Positions 29,003-39,909 of a DNA stretch of 64,000 bases are shown one piece after another. The notes under the pieces were generated by a model. That model searched no databases. It was not told the DNA's origin and was given only the letters and a program-made list of their open reading frames with translations. The position numbers and the translations under genes are program-made. This stretch comes from an uncultured bacterium (GTDB lineage: Bacteria; Verrucomicrobiota; Verrucomicrobiia; Verrucomicrobiales; DEV007), in assembly GCA_963977015.1 (NCBI GenBank), contig CAXBMO010000001.1, positions 1 through 64,000 on the forward strand. The letters run 5' to 3'. Position 1 is the stretch's first letter. Every line of letters starts with the position of its first letter.

Positions 29003-31425
29003 GCCACTTTCGCCAGCTTCGTATGATTCCGCATGATGGCTTGGCGCAATTCATCCAGAGCCACGGGCTTCGTCAAGAAGTCATCCATTCCAACTTCAAG
29101 GCAGCTCTCGCGGACTCCAGTCAGCGCGTGACCCGTCATGGCGACGATCACCGGTTGTTTGGGCAGATCGAAATTCTTGCGGATCAATCGGGTTGAGTCG
29201 ATTCCGCCAAGCACCGGCATCTGCAAGTCCATGATGACCATGTCATACTCACCACTTTCATTGACGGTGTTTGCACCTTCCAGCCCGTTGGGGGCAATAT
29301 CGACTTCGTAGCCCAGCTTCTTCAACATCATCGAGACGATCTTCTGGTTGAGGGGCTGATCCTCAACGAGCAGGAACTTCGCAGGATACTCCAGAGCCAT
29401 TTCCTTGGAGTAGGCTTTCGCCTCCGCTTTCTCTGCGGCGACCACATCCTCAGAGAAGATCCTCGCGAGATTCTGCATCATGGCCCGCTCTTTGAACGGT
29501 TTCACTTGTTTGCACACTTTCGGATGCTCTGGAATCGAGATGTCGCGATCAGCCCGGTGCAGCACCATGACGGGAATCTGGTGACTGGCCAACTGATTGA
29601 CGAAGGCAACCAACTGCTGCTCATCTTGATCATTGGCGTCGAGCACGACTCCTTCCGGATTGAACTTCCCAAGTTCCTCATACATCTCTTCACTCAATCC
29701 AGGAATCGACTTCGCCTCCATGGCCCAGCCTTTGAAGTAGGTCTCGATCGTTTCGGCAAACACGGGCTTCTGACTGACCACCGCAATTTTCTTCTCACGG
29801 ATCGCCTCGAAGTACGGGAACAAATGTTCCATTCTCGGCTGCTCGGGGTCGATCTTCAGCGGAATTTCGAAGATGAAAGTCGCCCCTTCATCGACGGAAC
29901 TTTCCACCCGTAGATTTCCTTCCATCAAGCTGGTCATTTTCTCGCAAATCGCGAGACCAAGACCGGAACCTCCGTATTCCCGGGTGGTCGAGTTGTCCAC
30001 TTGTTGAAACGCTTCAAAGATCAGTTCGTGGTTCTCCTCAGCAATTCCAATTCCGCTGTCTTGCACGGAGAAACGAATAATTGGCTTGGCGTTTTCGGTT
30101 TCAGTGACGGATGCCTTGACCACGATCTCACCACCTTCAGGCGTGAATTTGATGGCGTTGTCGACCAGATTGATCAGAATTTGCCGAAGCCGCTCATAGT
30201 CCGCAAAGACCACCTCGGGGATGGTCGGGTCGATCCAATGAATCAACTCCAGATTCTTGGCGTGAGCCTTGTAGGTCATTCTGGAGGTGACGTCTTCCAG
30301 CAGCTCTCGCATCTCCATCGATTTCACGTCCAGAACAACTTGTGCGGAATCCAGTTTCGAGAAATCGAGCACATCATTAATCGTATGAAGAAGGGATTGC
30401 CCGCTCGCGCGAATCAGATTGAGCATTTCGCGATGCTCGCTGGATACTTCGCCGTCCAGCATCAGGCTGGTTGTCCCGATAATTCCGTTCATCGGAGTGC
30501 GAATCTCGTGACTCATGTTCGCCAAAAAGTCGGATTTGGCTTGCATGGCTTTTTCAGCCTGTTCTTGCGAAACCGCCGCGCATTTCTGGGCTTCGTTGTT
30601 GTTTTTCTGGACGCTCTCGAGGCATTCCGCCAGTTGATTCACTCCTCGCTGTGTTTTGCCAATTTCGTCCTCGGTCAGAACCCGAATCCGATATTCATAC
30701 CGGCCATTCCGGACTTCATTGATTCCATGGAGAATCTTGGAGACTTCTCGCGCAATTCCCCGGACGAAGCCGCCTCCCAGGAACATCGCAGGAATTGAGC
30801 CGGCGATGATTCCCAAAATCACCGTTCCGACAAAGGGCTGCCACTTGATGATCCTGGCGGAACGAATTTGACGCGCTGCGACGATGCCTTGAATGCCGGG
30901 CTTCCCCGATTGGACGATTGGGCTGACTGCCGTGATCAGGCGGGGCTGTCCCCAGGAAGCTCCGAGTTTGTTGCCCAGATTGGGGAGCGTGGGGTTTTTC
31001 GTCTCAAAGTCAATGTACTCGACCTGATGGGCAGCTTCGCCGAGAAAGGCGCGCTGCATTGCAAGGGTTGAGCGAATGGCGGTCAGTTCGAACGGCGTCA
31101 AATCGCTGGGCAAAAGTTCCAACTCTCTCGTAGATGGATCGACTCGAAAAATGGCGACCTTGGTTGCAGGTTGGTCTTCGAACCGGGCCCGGAGGTTCTC
31201 CGCGATTTGGCCAAGAGTTTGCGGATCCTCGCTGTTGAAGGCTCCGTTTCTGGAAACGGACTGTGCCGCAAATTGAACTTGAGAGTAGAGAGCGTTCGCC
31301 TGCTCAAGTTCCATTCTCGCCTTTTGGGTGAAGTAAACCACCGCCACCAAGGTAAGGCTGGAGGTGATCACCAACAGGAACGTGAGAATCATCTGACGAA
31401 CTGAGAGCGGAAAGCGAGAGATCAT
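28999..31425 (-). CDS. Membrane hybrid sensor histidine kinase / response regulator
   Basis: Two TMs, [41 protein letters not shown]; degenerate middle receiver; C-terminal receiver (EDQ, MDLQMP, KP). Confidence 0.93.
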   Translation of the reverse strand: MISRFPLSVRQMILTFLLVITSSLTLVAVVYFTQKARMELEQANALYSQVQFAAQSVSRNGAFNSEDPQTLGQIAENLRARFEDQPATKVAIFRVDPSTRELELLPSDLTPFELTAIRSTLAMQRAFLGEAAHQVEYIDFETKNPTLPNLGNKLGASWGQPRLITAVSPIVQSGKPGIQGIVAARQIRSARIIKWQPFVGTVILGIIAGSIPAMFLGGGFVRGIAREVSKILHGINEVRNGRYEYRIRVLTEDEIGKTQRGVNQLAECLESVQKNNNEAQKCAAVSQEQAEKAMQAKSDFLANMSHEIRTPMNGIIGTTSLMLDGEVSSEHREMLNLIRASGQSLLHTINDVLDFSKLDSAQVVLDVKSMEMRELLEDVTSRMTYKAHAKNLELIHWIDPTIPEVVFADYERLRQILINLVDNAIKFTPEGGEIVVKASVTETENAKPIIRFSVQDSGIGIAEENHELIFEAFQQVDNSTTREYGGSGLGLAICEKMTSLMEGNLRVESSVDEGATFIFEIPLKIDPEQPRMEHLFPYFEAIREKKIAVVSQKPVFAETIETYFKGWAMEAKSIPGLSEEMYEELGKFNPEGVVLDANDQDEQQLVAFVNQLASHQIPVMVLHRADRDISIPEHPKVCKQVKPFKERAMMQNLARIFSEDVVAAEKAEAKAYSKEMALEYPAKFLLVEDQPLNQKIVSMMLKKLGYEVDIAPNGLEGANTVNESGEYDMVIMDLQMPVLGGIDSTRLIRKNFDLPKQPVIVAMTGHALTGVRESCLEVGMDDFLTKPVALDELRQAIMRNHTKLAKVA

Positions 31426-31700
31426 TTGGGAATGCTAAATTTAAACACAAAAACAATAAAAACAATAACTAGAGTATGATTTCTTGGCACAGAAAGTGTT
31501 CGCCACCCCGATGGGGGCTGCAGGCGGTGGTTGGCCCTATTTGATCTTCTGCCAGTTGTGTCTATCTGACCCGACTCTCGAAAGTTTGTGGCTGTTGCTC
31601 TCCCCGTTCGTTGACGCCGTTCACCATTCGATCTCGGAGCCGATCGTTCTCGCTGGCGTCCCTTTTGCGTTTTGGCCCGTATACTGCTTCATATCCCAAA

Positions 31701-32342
31701 GTGAGCCGTAGTGAATTTCAGCTTCCTGAGTCGGCACCGGTAATGGTGCTTCCTCAATGCAATTTTTTCCCCCACACACCGCTTACCCTTTTCATCTTTG
31801 AGCCCCGTTACCGGCAGATGCTTGCCAAGGTTCTCGAAACGGACCGGGTTTTCTGCATCGGTACCCCTGCGGGAGGTCAGAGCGACGCTCCAATTGAGTC
31901 AGTTGCCGGGATTTATCAGCATGGAACGGTTGGCCTGGTTCGTGCGTGTGTGAAGAATGACGACGGAACCTCTCATCTGGTCCTGGATGGGCTTGAGCGC
32001 GTTCATTTTATCGATTGGATCGTTGATGAACCCTATCGCATCGCGGAAATCGTTCCCGTCGAGACTGCGATGGAAGATGCATCGCTTCTCGATCCCTTTT
32101 TGGATCGCATTGGGGAACTTCTCGCCGAAATGCGGGACGGAGACATTTCAATGCCGCCGCTGTTTGCTCAAGAGGAATGGAGACACGTGGAGCCTGAGAT
32201 TTTGGTGGACTGGATCGCGAATTACTTCATCGAAGACATTCACGCCCGACACTTTTTGCTGAGTGAACCTCGACTTGTGGAGCGGTATCGATTCGTCACG
32301 AACTGGATGGAAACGCAAGTCGCTGCGATTCGAAAAAGCTAG
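31701..32342 (+). CDS. Stand-alone LON peptidase substrate-binding domain protein
   Basis: FFP...L.IFEPRYRQM, GTVG, DG...L...G..R; no AAA or protease domain; GTG 31701. Confidence 0.85.
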   Translation: MSRSEFQLPESAPVMVLPQCNFFPHTPLTLFIFEPRYRQMLAKVLETDRVFCIGTPAGGQSDAPIESVAGIYQHGTVGLVRACVKNDDGTSHLVLDGLERVHFIDWIVDEPYRIAEIVPVETAMEDASLLDPFLDRIGELLAEMRDGDISMPPLFAQEEWRHVEPEILVDWIANYFIEDIHARHFLLSEPRLVERYRFVTNWMETQVAAIRKS

Positions 32343-32352
32343 CCTCAATCGC

Positions 32353-33102
32353 TCAAAGCAGGGTTCCTACCGATCCTCCATCGACCAGGATCGTTTGGCC
32401 CGTGATCATGGCGGCCGGTTTCCCGGCAAGAAAAATCGCTGCGGCCGCGACTTCCTCAGGGGTGGCCAATCGTTTGGCCGGAACTTTTTCAACGGCGGCG
32501 CTCAATGCTTCCGGAGTTGGGTGGAGCTGACGAATGCGTTGGGTGTCCGTTGCTCCCGGGGCGACGTTGTTCACCGTGATTCCTTCCGCCGCCACTTCCG
32601 TTGCGAGGGTTCGTGCAAATCCGGTGACTCCGGCGCGAAAGGCGTTGGAAAGAGTGAGGTTGGCGACCGGTTCTTTGACCGAAAGGCTGGTGACATTGAT
32701 GATGCGTCCCCATTTCGCGGCTCGCATCGCCGGCAGGCATTCGCGCGCCAGGCGAATGGCCGACATTAGCGTCAATTCGTAGCCCCGGGCCCAGGTTGCG
32801 TCATCCAAGTCCGCAGCTGCGCCGGGAGGTGGGCCTCCGGCATTGACGACGAGAATTTCAGGATCACCAATTTGCTCCCGGGTTTGACTCAAGAGCGCGG
32901 CGATGGCTTCCGGATCGCTCGCATCAGCGGGAATCGCGGCGACGGCTCCCGTCTCGACTCTTGCGCTTTCCAAGCTTGCCGTGTTTCGCGACGAAATGAC
33001 GACTTTCGCTCCTTCCTGCGCCAGTCCTTTCGCGATCGCAAAGCCGATTCCCTGGGAGGAGCCGGTAACCAGGGCGATTTTACCCGCAATATCCAGGTTC
33101 AT
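32353..33102 (-). CDS. SDR-family oxidoreductase
   Basis: TGSSQGIG, VNAGGPP, WGRIIN, NNVAPG, VDGG. Confidence 0.9.
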   Translation of the reverse strand: MNLDIAGKIALVTGSSQGIGFAIAKGLAQEGAKVVISSRNTASLESARVETGAVAAIPADASDPEAIAALLSQTREQIGDPEILVVNAGGPPPGAAADLDDATWARGYELTLMSAIRLARECLPAMRAAKWGRIINVTSLSVKEPVANLTLSNAFRAGVTGFARTLATEVAAEGITVNNVAPGATDTQRIRQLHPTPEALSAAVEKVPAKRLATPEEVAAAAIFLAGKPAAMITGQTILVDGGSVGTLL

Positions 33103-33917
33103 GATCCCAAGGTAGGAAATTCACCCCGTTCCAAGGCCGCTTCGTAGGCTTCGTTCAGGAGGTAATGTTCCCAAATCGCTTCGCCCAACACATCTTTGTC
33201 GGCTTTGCTGAATCCGAGGTGGAGGTGCCTTCGCCATCCTTCTGCATGTTGATATTTACCCGACATGCGGCCGACTTCGGCGGATGTCTCGTCCATGGAT
33301 TGAAGGTAGCTGTCCATGCCCTGGGTTTTATCGAGCCAGTCCTTTTGGCTCATGTGGGCGGCCAGCGCTTCCCGTTTGATGTCGTGAACATCAGTTGTGT
33401 CGACATAGGCTCCGGGAACGATTCGGCGCCGGAGCTGGTCACGCAATCCATGGGGCATCGCGTGATAAAGGGTGACCTCGTGAGCGACCGCTTCACTGGG
33501 GGGATGGGTTCCAAAATTCGGCATTCCACGTGCAAAAGCCGCCGTCACCACGATTCGCGAGGTGTTCATGTGGTCCTCCATGTAATCTTCCGGCGAATGG
33601 GTGAGGATGATGTCCGGTTTGACCTCGCGGAGCACGGCTGCGACTCGACGAACGGAGTCCACCTCATACACAATCTGAAGATCTTTGCCGGGCGAACCAT
33701 GAAATTTGGAACCGAGAATCGCTGATGCGGTTCTCGCCTCTTTGCCGCGAATTTCGATCGTTTGTTGAGGATTGAAGGTCATGCTTCCGCAATCTCCTCC
33801 ACTCAGTGTCATGTAGTGGGTTTCCCAGCCCGCATTGCGGAGGCGCAAGAGCGTTCCGGCGGCGACAAACTCGATATCATCAGGGTGGGCGAAGATGGCA
33901 AAGGCGACCTTGGGCAT
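33099..33917 (-). CDS. PIG-L/LmbE-family deacetylase
   Basis: AHPDD, TH..DY..DH, K..ALA.H.SQ, AE. Confidence 0.9.
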   Translation of the reverse strand: MPKVAFAIFAHPDDIEFVAAGTLLRLRNAGWETHYMTLSGGDCGSMTFNPQQTIEIRGKEARTASAILGSKFHGSPGKDLQIVYEVDSVRRVAAVLREVKPDIILTHSPEDYMEDHMNTSRIVVTAAFARGMPNFGTHPPSEAVAHEVTLYHAMPHGLRDQLRRRIVPGAYVDTTDVHDIKREALAAHMSQKDWLDKTQGMDSYLQSMDETSAEVGRMSGKYQHAEGWRRHLHLGFSKADKDVLGEAIWEHYLLNEAYEAALERGEFPTLGS

Positions 33918-33948
33918 GGCGCAAACCTAACGAGGCGTGAGCTGAAAC

Positions 33949-34521
33949 TCAAGCTTCCAAATCCTGGCCGACGTAGTGGATGGCCCGGAACCCAAATTTC
34001 TCGCCGGCGCGGATATTGGGCTCCAGATCGTCGATGTAGATCGTATTGCCGGGATCAATCCCAAACTTGGTGATGGTGTGTTCGTAAATGGCCGGATCGG
34101 GCTTGGCGGAACCGGCTTCGTGGCTGAAAACCCAGTCGTCAAAACACCGGAAAACGGGGTAGTCATTCATGAAGTGATCGACATGAAGCTGGTTCGTGTT
34201 TGAAAGCAGCAGCATGCGATGACCTTCGCTTTTGAGCCGTTCAATCATCTTTGCGACGGGCTCGTTCAGCGTGAAAATGTGCTGCCAGGCCTTGATGAAG
34301 GCTTCGCGGGTTCCCCGGTAGCCGATCGTCTCAAACGCCAACTTCAAAAAGTCCTCCGTTTCCATGGTCGATGCCTCCATTTCGGACTTCGGATCGGCGA
34401 TCATCTCCAAAAGTCGCGGGACGGGGACCTCGCAATCCGCTTCAATCGCTTTGGCGAACTTCTCGAAGTCAAAAAAGAGGATCACGTTTCCGATGTCGAA
34501 GAGGTAGTCGGGCTTGGCCAT
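33949..34521 (-). CDS. HAD-family phosphatase (YihX-like)
   Basis: FDIGNV, LSNT, KPDP.IY, IDD..N; ATG 34521. Confidence 0.9.
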   Translation of the reverse strand: MAKPDYLFDIGNVILFFDFEKFAKAIEADCEVPVPRLLEMIADPKSEMEASTMETEDFLKLAFETIGYRGTREAFIKAWQHIFTLNEPVAKMIERLKSEGHRMLLLSNTNQLHVDHFMNDYPVFRCFDDWVFSHEAGSAKPDPAIYEHTITKFGIDPGNTIYIDDLEPNIRAGEKFGFRAIHYVGQDLEA

Positions 34522-34620
34522 GGTTGGATCTATCGGTTTCGGGCGAACGGTTTCAAGTGCCAAGTCCGTCATTCACGAAGCTTGAAACCTGAGACTCGCG
34601 CTCGTAAGACTTTTTCCACG

Positions 34621-35652
34621 ATGAAAGCCCTGACCCTGACCGCATACAACGAATTTCGCTATGAAGACGCGCCGGACCCCGAGATGGGACCCGATGACGT
34701 GATTATTGGCGTGAAGGCATGTGGAATTTGCGGGAGCGACATTCACGGCATGGACGGATCCAGCGGACGGCGCATTCCTCCGATCATCATGGGACACGAA
34801 GCGGCGGGCGAAATCGTGAAAACCGGGGACAACGTAAAGGATTGGAAGGTTGGCGATCGTGTCGCTTTTGATTCGATGATTTTTTGCGGGAAATGCGAAG
34901 CTTGTCAGTCCGGGCACACCAACCTTTGTCCCGAACGCCGTGTGATCGGGGTTTCCTGCGAAGATTACCGGCGTCACGGTGCCTTTGCCGAATTGGTCCA
35001 GATTCCCCAGCACATTCTCGTCCCGATGCCGGAAGGGCTCAGTTTCGAGGAGGCTGCGTTTGGCGAGCCGGTTGGGGTTGCGCTTCATGCCGTCGGATTG
35101 GTTTCGCCGGAGAAGGGCGATGTCGCGGTCGTCGTTGGCGCCGGTTTGATTGGCTTGCTCGTGGTTCAAGCGCTGAAGCGCGCTGGGTGTGAGCGGGTTC
35201 TCGCGGTTGATCTCGATGAAAAACGTTTGGAATTGGCCAAGGAACTTGGTGCGGATGCCGCCGTCAATTCGGGGGCGGAAGACGTTCTCGATCAGATTCG
35301 GGCTTGGACGGGAGGCGATGGCGCGGACATCGCGATGGAGGTGGTGGGAATCTCGCCGACCATTAATCTGGCCGTCAGATCGGTTCGCAAAGGCGGCAAA
35401 GTCGGGGCTGTTGGCAACTTGAAAGCTACCGTCGATTTTCCACTCCAGGATGTCGTGACTCGAGAAATCACCGTTTATGGATCCTGCGCTTCGGCTGGAG
35501 AATATGAAGAAGCACTTCAAGCCGTTTCCTCTGGCGAGATCAGCGTCAAGCCGCTGATTAGCGCTTCTGCGCCGATCCGTGAAGGTGGAGACTGGTTTCA
35601 GAAGCTCTACAACAAGGAGGGTGACCTGTTGAAAGTGATCCTTCATCCCTAA
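34621..35652 (+). CDS. Zn-dependent polyol/sugar dehydrogenase (MDR family)
   Basis: GICGSD, GHE, CGKCEAC..G..NLC, GAG.IG; ATG 34621. Confidence 0.92.
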   Translation: MKALTLTAYNEFRYEDAPDPEMGPDDVIIGVKACGICGSDIHGMDGSSGRRIPPIIMGHEAAGEIVKTGDNVKDWKVGDRVAFDSMIFCGKCEACQSGHTNLCPERRVIGVSCEDYRRHGAFAELVQIPQHILVPMPEGLSFEEAAFGEPVGVALHAVGLVSPEKGDVAVVVGAGLIGLLVVQALKRAGCERVLAVDLDEKRLELAKELGADAAVNSGAEDVLDQIRAWTGGDGADIAMEVVGISPTINLAVRSVRKGGKVGAVGNLKATVDFPLQDVVTREITVYGSCASAGEYEEALQAVSSGEISVKPLISASAPIREGGDWFQKLYNKEGDLLKVILHP

Positions 35653-35736
35653 GGCGGGGGCGTTTGAACCTTCTCACAAAGCCCCGAACAGCATTTCCTG
35701 TCGGGAAAAGCGCCGCATCTTTAGATCACGCGAAGC

Positions 35737-35763
35737 GTAACCCATTTGAGCGAGACGTTGTCT
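35737..35763 (+). promoter_or_regulatory. Candidate ECF-sigma promoter for the lipoprotein/propeller operon
   Basis: GTAACCCATTT-N12-GTCT, matching 11318-11344 (minus); about 97 nt upstream of ATG 35860. Confidence 0.5.
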
Positions 35764-35859
35764 AACAACGAGACAAGTTTTCTCTGAAAACTTGTTGCAG
35801 CAAAGTTAACACCGTAAAAATGTAAGCCAGTGTTAGTATCTTCGTTCGCCTAGGACTTG

Positions 35860-37065
35860 ATGGATTTGTTCCGAATATTTGCCCCTTTTGTTCGATTGAC
35901 TGCTGTAGCCGCGTTGGCTTTAGCGGCGACGAGTTGTGCGATCTATCCCGATACTCCAGTTTGGAAAACCAAAATGGCAAAGGGAAAGCACATTAAAAAC
36001 CTTTCGGAACGGAGTTTGCTCCGAAAAGCTCGTCAGGATACGGTTGACCATGGCTTGTCTGAGGCTCGGGAGGAGTTGCTCGTGAATCTGCGCAATCTCG
36101 ATGCCAAGAATGGGTTGCTGGAAACCCGACTTTCCATGGCGACTGCAAATCCTGGGATGGTCTTCGAGGATGCGATTCGAACCATGCCGAAGAGTGAGCG
36201 GTCCAAAGTCGGCTTTTTGATGGTGCCGGGAATGCGCCGGGGGGTTGATGATCCTCACACTTCCAAAGAGTTGCTGGATGCCGCATCGGACGAATGCCGA
36301 AAGTATGGCTTCTCTGCAATGGTTGTCGACACGGTGCCTGATGGTCCCGCGATTACCAATGCTCCGTTGTTTGCTCCGCAGTTTGAAAAAATGCTTCGGG
36401 AAAAGGAAAGCGTGATCATCGTAACGGCATCGAAAGGGGCAACCGATCTGGTCCATTACCTCTTCTTCGAAGGCAAAGAGCTCGAACCGGAATTGCGTTC
36501 CCGGATCAAAATGATTTTCACCCTCGCCGGGCCACTTCAAGGAGCCTACATGGCCAATTGGGCCGCGACGAATCCCAGGTTTGTGCCTTTTCTCATTCGG
36601 ATTACGGCGGGCCGTCCGCCTTATCGCTATCGCCTCACCGCGATTCGCGAAATGGGATCTTCCTTGTGGGGAAAAGAAGAAGAGAACGCCTGGCTTTCCG
36701 AAACCTATCCCAATCTTACCTGGGTCAGTTTGGTGATGGTTTCCGATGGACCGAACGGACTGATTGGAGACACTCCGTATTGGCCGCCAAGTTTGCTTGA
36801 GCGAGTCTTCTACACCTCACATCTCTACAGCCCCAATGATGGGCTCGTTGAATCAGCATCTGCAGTTTTGCCTCCGGGGACCGGTGTGGAGCAGTGGGTG
36901 GTACGCGGTCGTGGAGCTCATGCGGTTCCGCTCGGGAAATACCCGGACGGAACCCCGATTGCCGGGAATACGCAGGGCGATGTTCGGGATGATATCAATC
37001 CTGAGGCCGGTCAGGAGATGTTCAGCGCGTTGTTGCGCAGCTTGCCGCGCTCCGTGTTAAAGTGA
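35860..37065 (+). CDS. Lipoprotein with probable alpha/beta-hydrolase fold
   Basis: Lipobox LAATSC; LMVPG, nucleophile-elbow-like TASKG, AGPLQG, NDGLV, later H. Confidence 0.6.
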   Translation: MDLFRIFAPFVRLTAVAALALAATSCAIYPDTPVWKTKMAKGKHIKNLSERSLLRKARQDTVDHGLSEAREELLVNLRNLDAKNGLLETRLSMATANPGMVFEDAIRTMPKSERSKVGFLMVPGMRRGVDDPHTSKELLDAASDECRKYGFSAMVVDTVPDGPAITNAPLFAPQFEKMLREKESVIIVTASKGATDLVHYLFFEGKELEPELRSRIKMIFTLAGPLQGAYMANWAATNPRFVPFLIRITAGRPPYRYRLTAIREMGSSLWGKEEENAWLSETYPNLTWVSLVMVSDGPNGLIGDTPYWPPSLLERVFYTSHLYSPNDGLVESASAVLPPGTGVEQWVVRGRGAHAVPLGKYPDGTPIAGNTQGDVRDDINPEAGQEMFSALLRSLPRSVLK

Positions 37066-37068
37066 GCC

Positions 37069-38373
37069 ATGTTTCGGCTTGCCTGTTTTCTCCTGATCAG
37101 CGCCTCGTTGGCGGTTGGTCAGACTGACTGGCCTCATTTTCGGGGCCCGCTTTTCACCGGGGAAGCTCCCGAGGCGAATCCTCCTGTCGAATGGAGCGAA
37201 ACCCGGAACCTTCGTTGGAAGACCGAGCTTCCCGGGTTGGGGCACTCCTCACCCATTGTCTGGGGCGATCAGATTTTTCTCACGTCGGCGATTCCGGTTG
37301 GTGACCCGTTGCCCGAACCCAAATTCAGCGGGCGCGAGGGAGCGCACAACAATTTACCGATCACGCACCGGCAGCGATTTGTGGTTCTGTCGGTCGATCG
37401 ACAAAGTGGTGAACTTCTCTGGGAAACCCAGGTCAACGAGGCTCTGCCGCATGAAGGTGGTCACGAGACGGGAAGTCTCGCGTCAGCTTCGATCGTCACG
37501 GATGGGGAGCGTGTTTACGCCTTTTTCGGTTCCTACGGGCTCTTTTGCCTCGATTTGGATGGTCGCGTGATTTGGACGGCGAATTTTGGGGCGATGCATT
37601 CCAAACATGGTCATGGCGAAGGGGCGTCACCTCTCGTCGCCAATGACTTTGTGATCGTGAACTGGGATCATGAGGAGGATTCCTCACTTTCCGCGTTCGA
37701 TCGAAGAACCGGGGAACTCCAATGGCAAACCAAGCGCGATGAAAAGACTTCCTGGGCCTCACCGATTGCCGCGAAGGTGGATGGGAAAATGCAGGTCATC
37801 GTGAGTGGGACGAAGGCCGTTCGCGGCTATGATCTCGAGACCGGGGATGTCATTTGGGAATGCGGGCCGCTTTCGGCCAATGTGGTGGCTTCACCGCTTT
37901 ATCAAGATGGCGTCGTTTACGCCATGAGCAGCTACACCTTCCAGGCGGGGTTTGCGGTGCGAATCTCTGACGGCGCGAAAGGGGATTTGTCGGGATCGGA
38001 TCGAGTGCTTTGGCGACGAACCCGACGCACGCCCTACATCCCGACTCCGCTGCTGACTGATGGTGTTCTCTACTTTTTGGCGCATTATCAGGGCGTGCTT
38101 TCCCGTGTGGTGGCCGAGACGGGCGAAGAAGCGACAGGACCGTTTCGGATCCCGGGAATGCGCGAGGTCTACGCTTCGCCGGTTGCGGCAAAGGGACGGC
38201 TCTATTTCGTCGACCGGAGTGGCGCTACGCTGGTGCTTTCGAGCGATCCGGAACCGAAACCGTTGGCTCTGAATCAGCTCGACGATCGTTTCAGCGCCAC
38301 TCCTGCCTTGTCTGGCGACATGTTGATTTTGCGCGGAGAGCGCCACCTGTATGGCATTCAGGCTGCCGACTGA
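37069..38373 (+). CDS. Secreted PQQ-binding-like beta-propeller protein
   Basis: DWPHFRGP, W...LPGLGHSSPIVWG, repeated D..TG..W and ASP units. Confidence 0.88.
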   Translation: MFRLACFLLISASLAVGQTDWPHFRGPLFTGEAPEANPPVEWSETRNLRWKTELPGLGHSSPIVWGDQIFLTSAIPVGDPLPEPKFSGREGAHNNLPITHRQRFVVLSVDRQSGELLWETQVNEALPHEGGHETGSLASASIVTDGERVYAFFGSYGLFCLDLDGRVIWTANFGAMHSKHGHGEGASPLVANDFVIVNWDHEEDSSLSAFDRRTGELQWQTKRDEKTSWASPIAAKVDGKMQVIVSGTKAVRGYDLETGDVIWECGPLSANVVASPLYQDGVVYAMSSYTFQAGFAVRISDGAKGDLSGSDRVLWRRTRRTPYIPTPLLTDGVLYFLAHYQGVLSRVVAETGEEATGPFRIPGMREVYASPVAAKGRLYFVDRSGATLVLSSDPEPKPLALNQLDDRFSATPALSGDMLILRGERHLYGIQAAD

Positions 38374-39585
38374 TCAGGATTCACTCGGAATGAATTCCGC
38401 GTGCAACGCCCGCACCGCGTCCTCAATTTCTCCGCTGGGAAGAATCCAGGTGATCCGGAACGATGACGTAAAGACTTCGCGAGTCTGAAACGCCGCCAGA
38501 ATCCTGAGACCTCGCCTCAGATTGTTGTGATTCGCGTTGATACCTGCTCCAATGACGCTCACCGCCCCAAAATGGCGCGAGAGTTTCGCCGCTTCTCCAA
38601 ACTGGTCGTTGAGTTTCGTCTCAAAGGTTTCGCTCTGATGGAGATTCTCATTGGAGATCACCATCGAGATCTGGGATTTGCCGGCATCACCGGCCAGAAT
38701 TTGGACCTGTTTCGCACCGATCTCCAATTGGTCCATGCTTTGCAACAGGGCGCCTGGATCATCCACCTCAGCACTCAACAGGCTGATCGATTTTTCGCTC
38801 GCCACTCCGGATACGGAACCCGGCGCTGCTGGAGAAAACTTGCGAACCACGGTTCCGTCGCGAGTCGGATCATCATCCGGCAATGGACCGGAGGTTGCTC
38901 GCGCGTAAATCGCAATGCCGGACTCTTTTGCGAATTCAACGGCCTGCGCGTTCAGGACCTTGGCGCCCGATTCCGCCATTTCCTGGGTTTCTTCGTAGGA
39001 AAGCTCGGGAATCCGTTTCGCGTTGGGAACGATTCGGGGATCGGCGGTGTAAACGCCATCGACATCGGAACAAATTTCGCACCATTCCGCATCCAGTGCT
39101 GCCGCCAAGGCAACGGCTGTGGTGTCACTACCGCCTCTCCCTAACGTCGTGATTTCGCGTTTGTAGGACATGCCCTGATAGCCTGCCACAATCACGATCT
39201 TGCCTCGCGCCAACTCGTCCTCGACTCGAATGGGACGGACCTCGATAATCTTCGCGTCGACGTGGCGATCGTTGGTCAAAATCCCAGCCTGGCTCCCCGT
39301 AAAACTGATCGATTCGCCTCCGCCATCTCGAATCGCCATGCTCAAAAGCGCCATGCTGATGCGCTCTCCCGCCGTCAGCAGCATGTCCAATTCGCGACGC
39401 TCCGGCGCTGGGCAGATCGCTTTGGAGAGGGCCAGCAACTCATCAGTCGTTTTCCCCATCGCCGAAACCACGACGACGACAGAATGGCCAAGTCGCTGAG
39501 TTTCAAGGACTCGCTTCGCGACCTGCTTGAGTTTATCCGGGCTGGCAACGGAACTGCCGCCATATTTTTGAACGACGATCGACAT
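38374..39585 (-). CDS. lysC: Aspartate kinase
   Basis: [40 protein letters not shown]-terminal ACT-like region. Confidence 0.92.
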   Translation of the reverse strand: MSIVVQKYGGSSVASPDKLKQVAKRVLETQRLGHSVVVVVSAMGKTTDELLALSKAICPAPERRELDMLLTAGERISMALLSMAIRDGGGESISFTGSQAGILTNDRHVDAKIIEVRPIRVEDELARGKIVIVAGYQGMSYKREITTLGRGGSDTTAVALAAALDAEWCEICSDVDGVYTADPRIVPNAKRIPELSYEETQEMAESGAKVLNAQAVEFAKESGIAIYARATSGPLPDDDPTRDGTVVRKFSPAAPGSVSGVASEKSISLLSAEVDDPGALLQSMDQLEIGAKQVQILAGDAGKSQISMVISNENLHQSETFETKLNDQFGEAAKLSRHFGAVSVIGAGINANHNNLRRGLRILAAFQTREVFTSSFRITWILPSGEIEDAVRALHAEFIPSES

Positions 39586-39909
39586 GATTCTAGTTCACAA
39601 CGCAAAGTGAAAATGGCGAGTGCGAAATTGGCGGAAGTTCGCGCGTTTTACTGATTCCATAATTTGCATACCAATTGTGCGTTTTGTAAAAAATGCGACT
39701 CACACTTGCAGAATGAACAATCCCTTACGAAGATCCCATTGAGGCCTGCCCAGGAACCCAGTTGTTGGAAGACGCAAATCTGTTTCTGATCTCTCAGAAT
39801 TGGAGTAAGTCGTTCCTCGAAAACCTGTCAGGCTTCACGTGTTTAATAATTGTTGAACTTTTAGAGCCGCTGGTTAGTTTCGACACTAACAGTTCTCCCC
39901 AATCACACC

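Noticed and set aside
31484-31499. Sigma-54-like TTGGCACAGAAAGTGT
   Set aside because: The -12 position is GT rather than GC, and it lies about 200 nt from the next + strand gene.
37063-37071. Selenocysteine read-through fusing the lipoprotein and propeller genes (TGA GCC ATG in frame)
   Set aside because: The downstream gene has its own signal peptide, there is no Cys-equivalent context, and no SECIS-like hairpin was recognised.
39586-39909. Lysine riboswitch upstream of lysC
   Set aside because: No recognisable L-box conserved segments or terminator; an Rfam scan would settle it.
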